A model generated the notes under the pieces. The model did not search any database. It saw nothing but the letters and a program-made list of their open reading frames with translations, and had not been told where the DNA came from. A stretch of DNA of 64,000 bases, taken from IMG/VR virus record IMGVR_UViG_3300035145_002419, positions 11,985 through 75,984 of that record, one strand, 5' to 3'. The translations under genes were made by a program, and so were the position numbers. This stretch comes from a virus. Shown here piece by piece: positions 1 to 10,300 of this stretch (positions are counted from its first letter, which is position 1; each line of letters opens with the position of its first letter).

Positions 1-43
1 GGACCAAATTGTAAAAAATGTAAAATCTTTGGAGAACTAAAAC

Positions 44-178
44 ATGGCAATGATGAAAGGCGGTAGTTACATTCCCGGAAAACCGAAGAAAACTCGACAG
101 GGAAGTTCTCAACACACGCTTCTCTCGGCAACCTCTCGTAATAAAAAGAAAAAGAAATATCGTGGTCAAGGTAGGTGA
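44..178 (+). CDS. small very basic hypothetical protein (44 aa), not in ORF track
   Basis: Manual translation MAMMKGGSYIPGKPKKTRQGSSQHTLLSATSRNKKKKKYRGQGR; GGAG RBS at 31-34; TGA overlaps next GTG start (GTGA). Confidence 0.75.
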   Translation: MAMMKGGSYIPGKPKKTRQGSSQHTLLSATSRNKKKKKYRGQGR

Positions 179-780
179 CTGAGTTTCATCCATTGTTTCC
201 TTGCGTAGTATCAGAACATAAACTTAATTTTGATACTGATATTATCAAGGAAGAATGTTATAAAAGAAAACAGTTAGAACTTACTGGTGTATCAAGTCAA
301 GGTAAACATCCAACATCTAATCGTGGTGGGTGGCAATCCAGTCCATTTTTTAAAGATACTGATTCATTCTTTGGCCCTTTATTACATGCTATTGAAGAAC
401 ATTGTTTAGATTACATTTATGAAATAGTATCAATACAAGATTGTTTTTTACATAATGCTTGGATTAATATTAATTCAAAAGGAAATTATAATTTTCCACA
501 TGATCATCCTGGATCTATTGTATCAGGAGTTTATTATGTAAGACTACCTGAAAATAGTGGTAAATTAGTATTTGAAAATCCTTCAGGTAAATTACTTGCA
601 AGTTATTGGAGTGTAATGCGAAGTCCAAATGAATGGAATAGGGCAAATTCTGAAGTATGGTCATTAGACTCAAGTGAAGACACACTTTTAATTTTTCCAT
701 CATGGTTAGATCATTATGTGGAAACAAATAAAAGTGATGAAGATCGAATATCTATTTCATTTAATGTTTGTGCTAGATAA
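175..780 (+). CDS. 2OG-Fe(II) oxygenase, TIGR02466-like
   Basis: GGWQS, W-x-N, HDH, SGVYY, FPSWLDH, RISISFN motifs. Confidence 0.85.
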   Translation: MTEFHPLFPCVVSEHKLNFDTDIIKEECYKRKQLELTGVSSQGKHPTSNRGGWQSSPFFKDTDSFFGPLLHAIEEHCLDYIYEIVSIQDCFLHNAWININSKGNYNFPHDHPGSIVSGVYYVRLPENSGKLVFENPSGKLLASYWSVMRSPNEWNRANSEVWSLDSSEDTLLIFPSWLDHYVETNKSDEDRISISFNVCAR

Positions 781-801
781 TAGTAACTGTTAAAATATGT
801 A

Positions 802-1467
802 ATGGCAGCACTTATTTGCAATCTTCCTTCAGTTGAAGTTTGGGTAAGAAAAGAATATCTTACTGATCATCAAAGTGGACATGGAGAATTTGTTAAAGGC
901 GTTTGGGTTTCGGCAAAGTCGATACCTGGACGCGCTTTTTATTTTGAGACGTATTTACCAGAATATGCAGCAATGTATGATAAATTGCCCATCAGTGCCT
1001 TTGTATCTGCTCCAGAAACACCAGATCCTGACATGGACCTTCCCAATTTACAATTTTGGAATTGTATGGACTATGGTGTAGTATCGGTTCAGAAGCAATT
1101 TATTGGTTCAATGGACTATGAACTGTATACAAGAGACTTTGGCATTCAAAAAGGCACGTATATTTGCACTTTAGACAATTATCATCAAGATCCAGATGTA
1201 GTTGACTATGCAACAAGCGAAAATCCTGCTGAACATAAGTCATCAAACCTAATTGAATTGGAAAATGGGCAATATGCACTGTATCCAAACAACAGAATTC
1301 GTATTTTTGACAATAGTTTGACTCCGGAAAATCCAAAAATGCCAGATTTTAAGGTTTCAACTCAATTTTATAGTGTTGAAAACGGTTTTGAACGACTTGG
1401 AATGGGTCGAGAGGACGAATATTTCTGGAAAACAGCAAAAGAACGCAAAGAAGAAGAAAATAAATAG
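802..1467 (+). CDS. conserved hypothetical cyanophage protein
   Basis: 221-aa ORF with normal composition in the usual position upstream of gp25; no functional motif recognised. Confidence 0.75.
   Translation: MAALICNLPSVEVWVRKEYLTDHQSGHGEFVKGVWVSAKSIPGRAFYFETYLPEYAAMYDKLPISAFVSAPETPDPDMDLPNLQFWNCMDYGVVSVQKQFIGSMDYELYTRDFGIQKGTYICTLDNYHQDPDVVDYATSENPAEHKSSNLIELENGQYALYPNNRIRIFDNSLTPENPKMPDFKVSTQFYSVENGFERLGMGREDEYFWKTAKERKEEENK
1459..1466 (+). promoter_or_regulatory. T4-type late promoter (AATAAATA)
   Basis: NATAAATA about 60 nt upstream of ORF 1526. Confidence 0.55.
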
Positions 1468-1525
1468 AAATAAGGGATAGAAACCCCTCTAAAAGTTCTG
1501 ATTTCACTGCAAATCAGAGGTTCAA

Positions 1526-1789
1526 ATGGGAAATTCTCCAGTAGATCGGGATGCATCCTATATGAAAACAATGTGGGGCACTGTCAGGCTAGTAACAGAC
1601 TATCATTGCGAGGATAAAATGACAAATAATCATGATTTTTTAGACAATTTAGCAAATCATCAGCATCAAAGGATGCTTCGTGAGATTGCAAATGATGATA
1701 AGACACCAAAAAAACGTGATTATCTTGTCCAAACCGAGTTATATGAGGTTGATGGGGAAATTGATGATAATAATGTTCTCAAAGGGTAA
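1526..1789 (+). CDS. hypothetical protein
   Basis: 87-aa ORF; GAGG RBS at 1517-1520. Confidence 0.7.
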   Translation: MGNSPVDRDASYMKTMWGTVRLVTDYHCEDKMTNNHDFLDNLANHQHQRMLREIANDDKTPKKRDYLVQTELYEVDGEIDDNNVLKG

Positions 1790-1795
1790 TAAATA
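1788..1795 (+). promoter_or_regulatory. late promoter (AATAAATA) for baseplate operon
   Basis: 20 nt upstream of gp25 ATG. Confidence 0.7.
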
Positions 1796-1815
1796 AGATA
1801 GAATTGTAATTTTTT

Positions 1816-2217
1816 ATGCCTGTAGAACGGGTAAGCAAAGGGTTCAAAGATCTAAGTTCATCATTTCAGACTAATCCTCTGTCTAGTGATCTTCTTGGAA
1901 TTAAGAATGAGACTGCTATTGCTCGTTCCATAAGAAATCTTGTATTAACACAACAAGGTGAAAGACCATTTAACTCTATTTTAGGATCAAAGGTCTCAGG
2001 ATTGTTGTTTGAAAACCTTGATGAGATAACAGGTTCTGCAATACGTGATGAAATCAGAACAACCATCAACAATTTTGAACCAAGAGTGAATTTGTTGGAA
2101 GTCAAGGTATTGCCAAACTATGATAGTTATGAATATAACGTAACTATTCGCTATGAAATTGTTGGCATTGATGTATCAGCACAACAATTAGCATTTGCAT
2201 TACAACCGACACGATAA
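1816..2217 (+). CDS. gp25: baseplate wedge subunit gp25
   Basis: AIARSIRNLVLT..GERPF..LGS..LLFE..FEPRV signature; precedes gp6. Confidence 0.92.
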   Translation: MPVERVSKGFKDLSSSFQTNPLSSDLLGIKNETAIARSIRNLVLTQQGERPFNSILGSKVSGLLFENLDEITGSAIRDEIRTTINNFEPRVNLLEVKVLPNYDSYEYNVTIRYEIVGIDVSAQQLAFALQPTR

Positions 2218-4295
2218 TGGCATTAGTAAATTTCGCAAATTTAGATTTCGATCAAATTAAAACTTCGATTAAGGATTATCTTAGATCGAATTCAAATTTT
2301 ACTGATTATGATTTTGAGGGATCTAATCTTTCATCAATAATTGATGTTCTTGCTTACAATACCTATATTACCTCATATAATGCCAACATGGTATCTAATG
2401 AGGTATTCATTGATTCCGCCACGCTCAGGGAGAATGTGGTGTCTCTGGCGCGGAATATAGGATATGTTCCAAGATCTAAAAAATCTTCAAGAGCAACTGT
2501 ATCTTTCTTTGTAGATACATCAACTTTTGCAAATAAACCAACACAAATCACATTAAAGTCTGGTGTTGTATGCACATCGCGTAATTTTAATAATGAAAAT
2601 TATTCATTTACGATTCCTGCAGATATTACAGTATCAGTTGCAAATGATATTGCAGAATTTAATAATATTTCAGTTTTTGAAGGAACAAGAGTTAGAGAAA
2701 ATTTCACAGTAAGTTCTCTTAATAGTAATCAAAGATATATTTTAGGAAATACAGGTATTGATACCAGTACACTTTCAGTTGTAGTAAGACCAACACAAAA
2801 TTCTTCAGTAATAAGAAATTATCAGTTAGCTGATAGTTTATTTGATGTAAAATCCGATTCTGCAGTGTTCTTTATTCAAGAAACTGCAGATGAGAAGTAT
2901 GAATTAATATTTGGTGATGGAATATTTGGAAATAAACTACAAGAACCAAATTTTATTGAAGTAAGTTATAATGTTACTAATGGATCCATGGCAAACGGGA
3001 TCTCTTCTCTGGTTTTCAATGGAACTTTAATAGATCAATCAAATAGAATAGTTACTTCTGGAATATCTCTTCTTTCGACGACAGAACCATCCAGTTTGGG
3101 TAGTGATATTGAAAGTGTTGAATCAATTAAGAAATACTCAACACAAATTTTTGCATCAAGAAATAGAGCAGTTACATCTGCAGATTATGAGGCACTTTTG
3201 CCAATCGTTTATCCAGAAACAGAATCAGTTTCTGCCTATGGTGGGGAAGAATTAACACCACCACAATTTGGAAAAGTTTTTATAAGTGTTAAACCATACA
3301 ATGATAGATATCTTTCAAACCTAACTAAAGATAATATAAAAAGAGAACTTAAAAAATATTCTGTATCTGGAATTAGTCCTGAAATTGTTGATTTAAAATA
3401 TCTTTATGTCGAAATAGATTCAAAAGTTTACTATAATTCAAATTTAACATCTTCTTCAGATGAAGTAAAAACTATTCTTTCATCTAATATTAATGCATAT
3501 GCAAATTCTACAGAATTAAATAAATTTGGAGCAAGATTTAAATATAGTAAATTTTTAAATTTAATCGATAACAGTAACACTGCAATTACTTCAAATATTA
3601 CAAATATTGTAATGAGAAGAGATATGAAAGCATCATTAAACGCTTTCGCTGAATATGAAATATGTTTCGGTAATCGTTTCCATGTAAAAAATCATGGGCA
3701 TGGTACTCATGGCGGAAAAATAGGTTATAATATTAAATCTTCAGCATTCTCTGTAAATGGTATTGGTGGATCAGTATACTTACAAGATGTTCCAAATTCT
3801 GGATTGGAAACTGGAATTGTGAATCTTATTAAACTTGTATCGCCAACAGAAGTGAAAATCGTAAAAAGAAACGTTGGTACTATTGATTACATAAAGGGAG
3901 AAATAAAGTTATATCCAATTAATATTGTTTCTACTGCCCTCAATAAAGGTGTTCCTATAATTGAAATTTCTGCTTATCCATATTCAAATGATGTCATTGG
4001 ATTGCAGGATCTTTATTTGCAACTAGATACTAGTAACATGCAGATTGATATGTTAATTGATGGTATATCTTCTGGATCTGATATTTCTGGAAGTGGTTAT
4101 TCAGTTTCTTCTAGTTATTCTAATGGGTCTCTTGTTCGTGGTCCAATTGTAGTATCCAACAATAACCAGATTATTACTAGTGCTGCTAGAACTAGTAATA
4201 CAACTACTTCTACTCCAGCTACTACTACCACTACATCTAGCACATCATATACATCAAGTTCTACTACTTCCACTTCTGGTGGTTCTTCCTACTAA
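2217..4295 (+). CDS. gp6: baseplate wedge subunit gp6
   Basis: LDFDQIK..FTDYDFEGSNLS..LAYNT..FIDSA..RENVVSLARNIGY; FGDG; RAVT..DY. Confidence 0.93.
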   Translation: MALVNFANLDFDQIKTSIKDYLRSNSNFTDYDFEGSNLSSIIDVLAYNTYITSYNANMVSNEVFIDSATLRENVVSLARNIGYVPRSKKSSRATVSFFVDTSTFANKPTQITLKSGVVCTSRNFNNENYSFTIPADITVSVANDIAEFNNISVFEGTRVRENFTVSSLNSNQRYILGNTGIDTSTLSVVVRPTQNSSVIRNYQLADSLFDVKSDSAVFFIQETADEKYELIFGDGIFGNKLQEPNFIEVSYNVTNGSMANGISSLVFNGTLIDQSNRIVTSGISLLSTTEPSSLGSDIESVESIKKYSTQIFASRNRAVTSADYEALLPIVYPETESVSAYGGEELTPPQFGKVFISVKPYNDRYLSNLTKDNIKRELKKYSVSGISPEIVDLKYLYVEIDSKVYYNSNLTSSSDEVKTILSSNINAYANSTELNKFGARFKYSKFLNLIDNSNTAITSNITNIVMRRDMKASLNAFAEYEICFGNRFHVKNHGHGTHGGKIGYNIKSSAFSVNGIGGSVYLQDVPNSGLETGIVNLIKLVSPTEVKIVKRNVGTIDYIKGEIKLYPINIVSTALNKGVPIIEISAYPYSNDVIGLQDLYLQLDTSNMQIDMLIDGISSGSDISGSGYSVSSSYSNGSLVRGPIVVSNNNQIITSAARTSNTTTSTPATTTTTSSTSYTSSSTTSTSGGSSY

Positions 4296-4313
4296 GACAA
4301 AGATATTAAGAAT

Positions 4314-7300
4314 ATGTCAGAAACTAGAGTTAAAATCCAATCAGTTGTTCAGAATCAATTACCTGATTTTGTAGCAGAAGAATCACCACTTCTGGTTGAA
4401 TTTTTAAAGCAATATTATATTTCTCAGGAATATACATCTGGAAGTTCTGATATCATTCAGAACATTGATGAATACATAAAACTCGATAATAATTATAATA
4501 CTGCAGATAGTACCACTCTTTTATTTGACATAACCAGTTTTGATGAGACGATTACTGTTGTTGGTGGTAGTTTTACTGATGGATTCCCCGATAGGTATGG
4601 TATCATAAAAATTGATGATGAGATAATAACATACACAAGTAAAACAAATAGAACCTTTGAGGGGTGTGTAAGGGGTTTCAGTGGCGTTGAATCCTATCAT
4701 AAGGATAATCACCCCGAAGAACTTGTATTCGCGTCTACAGACGCTTCTAGTCACAAAGCAAATGCTAAGATTACTAATCTAAGTTCTTTATTTCTAAAAG
4801 AATTTTTGACAAAAATTAAAAGACAATTTTTACCTGGTTTTTCTGATCGCAAATTATCTTCTGGATTAAACCAAAATCTTTTTATTAAACAGTCTAAAGA
4901 TTTTTATACATCTAAAGGAACAGATAGATCTTTTAAAATTCTTTTCAGAGCACTTTATGGTGAGAATGTTGATATAGTAAAACCAAAAGATTATCTATTC
5001 AGACCATCTGATGCTGGATATAGAAAAACTAGAGACATAGTTGTTGAAGCAATTTCCGGAGATCCGATTAGTCTCTTGAATAATACTCTTTATCAGGATG
5101 AATATGAGGAGTACGGTGTAAAAACTTCTTATGCTTCTATTACTGATGTAGAAAAATTACAAATTAGAGGAAAAATATTTTATCAATTAAGCTTTGATAG
5201 TGATTTCAATAAAGATATTACACTTGATGGATCCATTTATGGAGAATTTGTAACACATCCCAAAACTAAAATTATCAATGAAGTTATTCTGGGATCATCT
5301 GTGATTGATGTTGATTCTACTGTTGGATTTCCAGAATCTGGTACATTAGTATATTTGGACTCTTCAGGTGATGAGGTCATTCTAACTTATGATGGAAAAT
5401 CAGTAACTCAATTTTACAATGTAAGTGGACTACAATCCAATATTTCACCAAAGACAGATGTTAGGTTAAATATTTTTGCTTATGGATTTTCAGGAAATAA
5501 TGGAGACAAAGTTACAGTAAGAATTGGAAATGTTCTTGATGAAATTAAGATATTAAATGATACTTACTATTTTTCTAAAGATGATACTGCAAAAATAAAA
5601 ACTTTAGGAATTTCAAGAAGAACAGTAAGGAATAGCAATTGGATTGATAATATTGCAAATAATTACTTATCAAAAAGTATAGTTGAGGTAGATTCTGCCA
5701 GTTTCATTTATGATTTAGAGTTGCATGTTAGACATACCTTTAAAGCAGGAGACAAATTTTTAGCAACAGATGATTCTGGTGGATCAACTATTTGTGAAGT
5801 TTTAGATATTAAAGATAGTAAAACAATTGTCATACAGTCTGTAAGTCCTCTTGATTTAGATTCAATCTTAGAGATATCCAGATTTATTCGTAAGGTAAAT
5901 TCTTCAATATATCCCACTCTAAATGAAAATACTGCAGATGTACAAAATACATATACAAATTATAATGATGATGTTTTAGTTGCATCAAATTCATTACCAT
6001 TTTATAGAGATCAAGTTTTAGATCCTTATGATAAAAAAATTAATATCTCGGGAAATTTTAATGGTGAATTATTTACGGTAACATCAAATACTGATCATGG
6101 ATTCTACACAGGCGATAGAATTTACTATTCTCCATTTAGAGAATCAATTCTTGATATTAACACTGATGAAGAAAATGTTTTCACACAATCTGTAAGTAAA
6201 TTTGATACTTTGGATGAAGGTCTTTATTATGTTTCTAGAGTTGATTCGACAAGTTTTAAATTAGCAAAAAGTCCATCTAATATTGTAAACAATAAATTTG
6301 CTTCTGTATCTGGAATAGTAACTTCTAATACTTTTTCATATTATGATTTTCAAGGAAAAACTTTACAACCACAAAATATTTTTAGAGAAATAAAGAAACC
6401 CGTTGATAAAAGCGAAACTTATGAAACAAATCCAGGAAAGGTTGGAATTCTTGTAAATGGTGTAGAAGTTTTAAACCATAAGTCATCTGAAAATATATTT
6501 TATGGACAAATTGATAATATTGACGTAACAGCTTCTGGAACAGGATATGATGTAATTAATCCGCCAAGTCTTAGTATAGAAGATTCTTTGGGTATAGGAG
6601 CAACCGGCATTTGTGCTGTTACTGGTTCTTTAGAAAGAATAGAAATAATTGATCCGGGATTTGACTATGTAAATACCCCTATAATCAATATTACTGGCGG
6701 AAACGGCAACAATGCAGTAGCAGAAGTGAATATGATTGATGTTGATCATATTTCTCCTTTTGTAACCGATGATGCATCAAAATTAAATATTTTTACAAAT
6801 ACAATCGGATTTAGTACTTTCCACAAGTTTAGAGATAATGAGCAAGTAATCTATTTGTCTGATGGTCAAACTGGTGTTGCTGGACTGACAACTGATGCAA
6901 AATATTATGTTTCTGTTATTGATGCTCTTAATATAAAACTTCACAAAACAGAAGGTGATTCTATTTCAGGAATTAATACAATTACTATAACAGATTATGG
7001 TGTAGGAATTCATAGATTTAAATCTGTCGAAAAGAAGAGTATTATTTCCAATATTATTGTAAGTAATTCTGGCGAAGGATATACAAACAAACAAAGAACA
7101 ACAACAGTATCTGGAATCAATACTGCGGCAGATACTGTCAATATTAATTCACATGGTTATTCAACAGGTGATGAAGTTAAATATTCTTCTTCAGGATTGT
7201 CAGTTGATGGTCTTACTTCTGACGAAAGTTATGTAATTAAAAAGATTGATAATGATTCTTTTAAGATTGCTCAAGTTGGTGTAGGAACCATTGGCAAATC

Positions 7301-10300
7301 CTTTTATCTAGATTCAGACCAATACATTAATTTAAAATCTGTCGGATCTGGTGTACATTCATTTAACTATCCCCCTATTGATGTTAAAGTTATTGGAAAT
7401 ATTGGTATTTCTACTTTATCAGGACAAGATTTTTCAGCAAAAATTCAACCAATTTTCAGAGGGTCTATTGATTCAGTCCACTTGACTGCAAATGGATCTG
7501 AGTATGGTTCAGAAGAAGTAATTAATTACAATAGACAACCTAATTTTGCCCTGAGAAGTGGAAAAAATGCTCAATTATTGGTCATTGTTAATACTCAGGG
7601 ACAAATTCAGGAAGTTTTGATTGTAAGAGGTGGTTCTGGATATAATTCACCACCAAATCTTGTTATAAACGGTAAAGGAAAATACGCTCAATTAGTTCCT
7701 ATAATTGAAAATGGGGAAATTGTTAAGGTCATAGTCAAAAATGGTGGAGTTGGATATACTTCTGGAACCACAGTAGATGTTATTGCATCTGGTCAAGGTG
7801 CTAGGATGTTTGCAGACATTCAAAAGTGGACAGTTAATTTATTCCAAAAGTATTTCAATACTATTAAACCAGATGATGGTGTCATATCTTTATCTGATAG
7901 AAATGATGGTGGGTTACAGTATTGTCATTTGTTTGCACCAAGAAAGTTAAGACAATCTTTAACAGCAAAATCTGCAGATAGCACTAATGATGTTCCTGAT
8001 TTAGTTTTAAAATCTATAGATGACTCAAATCTATTTGGAGTTGGGGATTTAAAACTTGCCAATAGTGAAGAAGTTCCTTCATCTGACCACTCTCCAATTA
8101 TTGGATGGGCATATGATGGCAATCCAATTTATGGTCCATATGGATACACTACACCGAAAGGTGGAACTGCTAGATCTATGCAATCTGGATATGAACCTGT
8201 TTCTAAACCAAATAGACCCAATTTAACTAATTTTCCACAAGGATTTTTTATTGAAGATTATGAATTTAAAGGATCTGGAGATCTTGATAAGCATAATGGA
8301 AGGTTTTGTGTAACACCAGACTATCCAAATGGGGTATATGCTTACTTTGCAACGATTAGTTCTGGATTAGTTGATACTGATGGTCCTTTCAGAGGATTTA
8401 AAAGACCTGTATTTCCATATCTTATTGGAAATAGTTTTAAATCTGAACCAAATAGTTTTAACTTCAAGTCTAGTTCAAATCAGAAAGATTACAAGTTAGA
8501 TAAATTTGAATGGCTTAGAAATACTTCAAATTATGAGTTAAAAGGTTCTAATAGTTCTTATGAATATGTTTATAACCCAACAGAATTTGAAGATCAAACA
8601 GTAAATATTGATAATATTAGAACAGGTGGTGTTGACTCTATTGGAATACTTACTGGTGGTAATAATTATAGACCTTTGGATTCAATTATATTTGATAATG
8701 GTGGATCTGGTGGTGAAAATGCATTTGCAAGAGTATCAAGAGTATTTGGAAAATCAGTAAACACTATTAGTGTTGGAACAACTTCATTTGTAAATGTTGA
8801 GTTTGCAAACATTAATAATTCAGGTAAAGTAATTGGATTTACAACACTTCCACATAAATTTAATAATTTTGATATTGCTAATATTTCAGGATTAAATACA
8901 TCATTCTCCAAAATAGAAGGATCATATAACCTTGGAATACGAACTGATAATTTTATCACCACTTTAGGAATTAATTCAGTTTCTGTAACCGGTTTAACGA
9001 CATATTTTTATATTTCCGGTTCATTAGAATTTCCAAATATCAAAGAAAATGATATTTTAGGAATCGGAACTCAGGAAAAAATTAAAGTATTGAATATTGA
9101 TAAGAAATCTAAAAGAATCCGTGTTTTAAGACAATATAATTCAACTGTTGGATTAGCATATTCGGCATCGACGGTTTTATATGAAGATCCAAGAAAATTT
9201 GTAGTAAATACTGGATTTAAAACAGATTATTCTTTCCAGTTAAACAGAGAATTATATTTTGATCCAACAGAGGCGGTTGGTGTTGGAACTGGAACTGGAG
9301 TGGGTATTGGTACGACAATTTCTTTCTCGTTACCAGGAATTGGAGCAACACAAGTATTTGTTCCCGCTCAATCGATCTATATCCCCGAGCACAATGTTAG
9401 AACTGGTGACAAAATTAAATATTCTACTCATGGTGGATCTGAAATAACAGTATCTAACGGAAATATAAATTTTGCTCTCCCACAGACACAAAATTTATAT
9501 GCAACTGCATTGGACAATAATCATATTGGAATCTCAACAGTCAAAGTTGGTCTAGGAACTAATGGAGAATATGTTGGTATTGGAACTGGAAATGCTGCAG
9601 GACTTCTTTTCTTTAGAGATTTTGGATCTGGAAATAATCATAGTTTTACAACCTTAAATTCTTCTATTGTCGGAGAACTTTCTAAAAATGTTGTAACTGT
9701 ATCAACATCTTCTACACATGGACTAAGAAGTGGCAATAATATTAGATTGACAAATATTCCAACAGATGAGCAAGAAGTTATTGTAAAATATAATGATTCA
9801 AATAGAAGATGCACTTTTGGTGAGATAACTTTCACTGCTTCCGATGTAAATCTTTTTGAAGACTCTATTTTCATAGAAAATCATGGTTTAGTTAAGGGTG
9901 AAAAAGTCATTTATGCATCTGCCACTCCAGTTGGTGGTTTAATCAGTGATGAAATGTACTATGTTGATGTATATACAAAAGATAAAATTAAACTTTGTGC
10001 AACAAAAATTGATTTATATTTAAGTATTCCAAATCATGTGAATATGACTTCTGCTTCTGGTGGAACTTTATCATTAGTTAATCCACATTTAAAAGTTTAC
10101 AAAAATAAAACAATTAAGTTTAATTTATCAGATTCTTCATTATCTTCATCTAGTGGAAATACTAATTATCCCGCATTTGAACTTAATTTTTATAGAGATA
10201 TTAATTATCTACACAAGTTTGATGGAACTGGGAAAACAAGATTTTTTGAAGTTATAAAATCTGATGGAAAAGTTGGTGTAGATACATCTGCAAGTACAAC

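Noticed and set aside
1-43. Possible 3' end of an upstream ORF (frame 2, DQIVKNVKSLEN*)
   Set aside because: Too short to assign frame or identity
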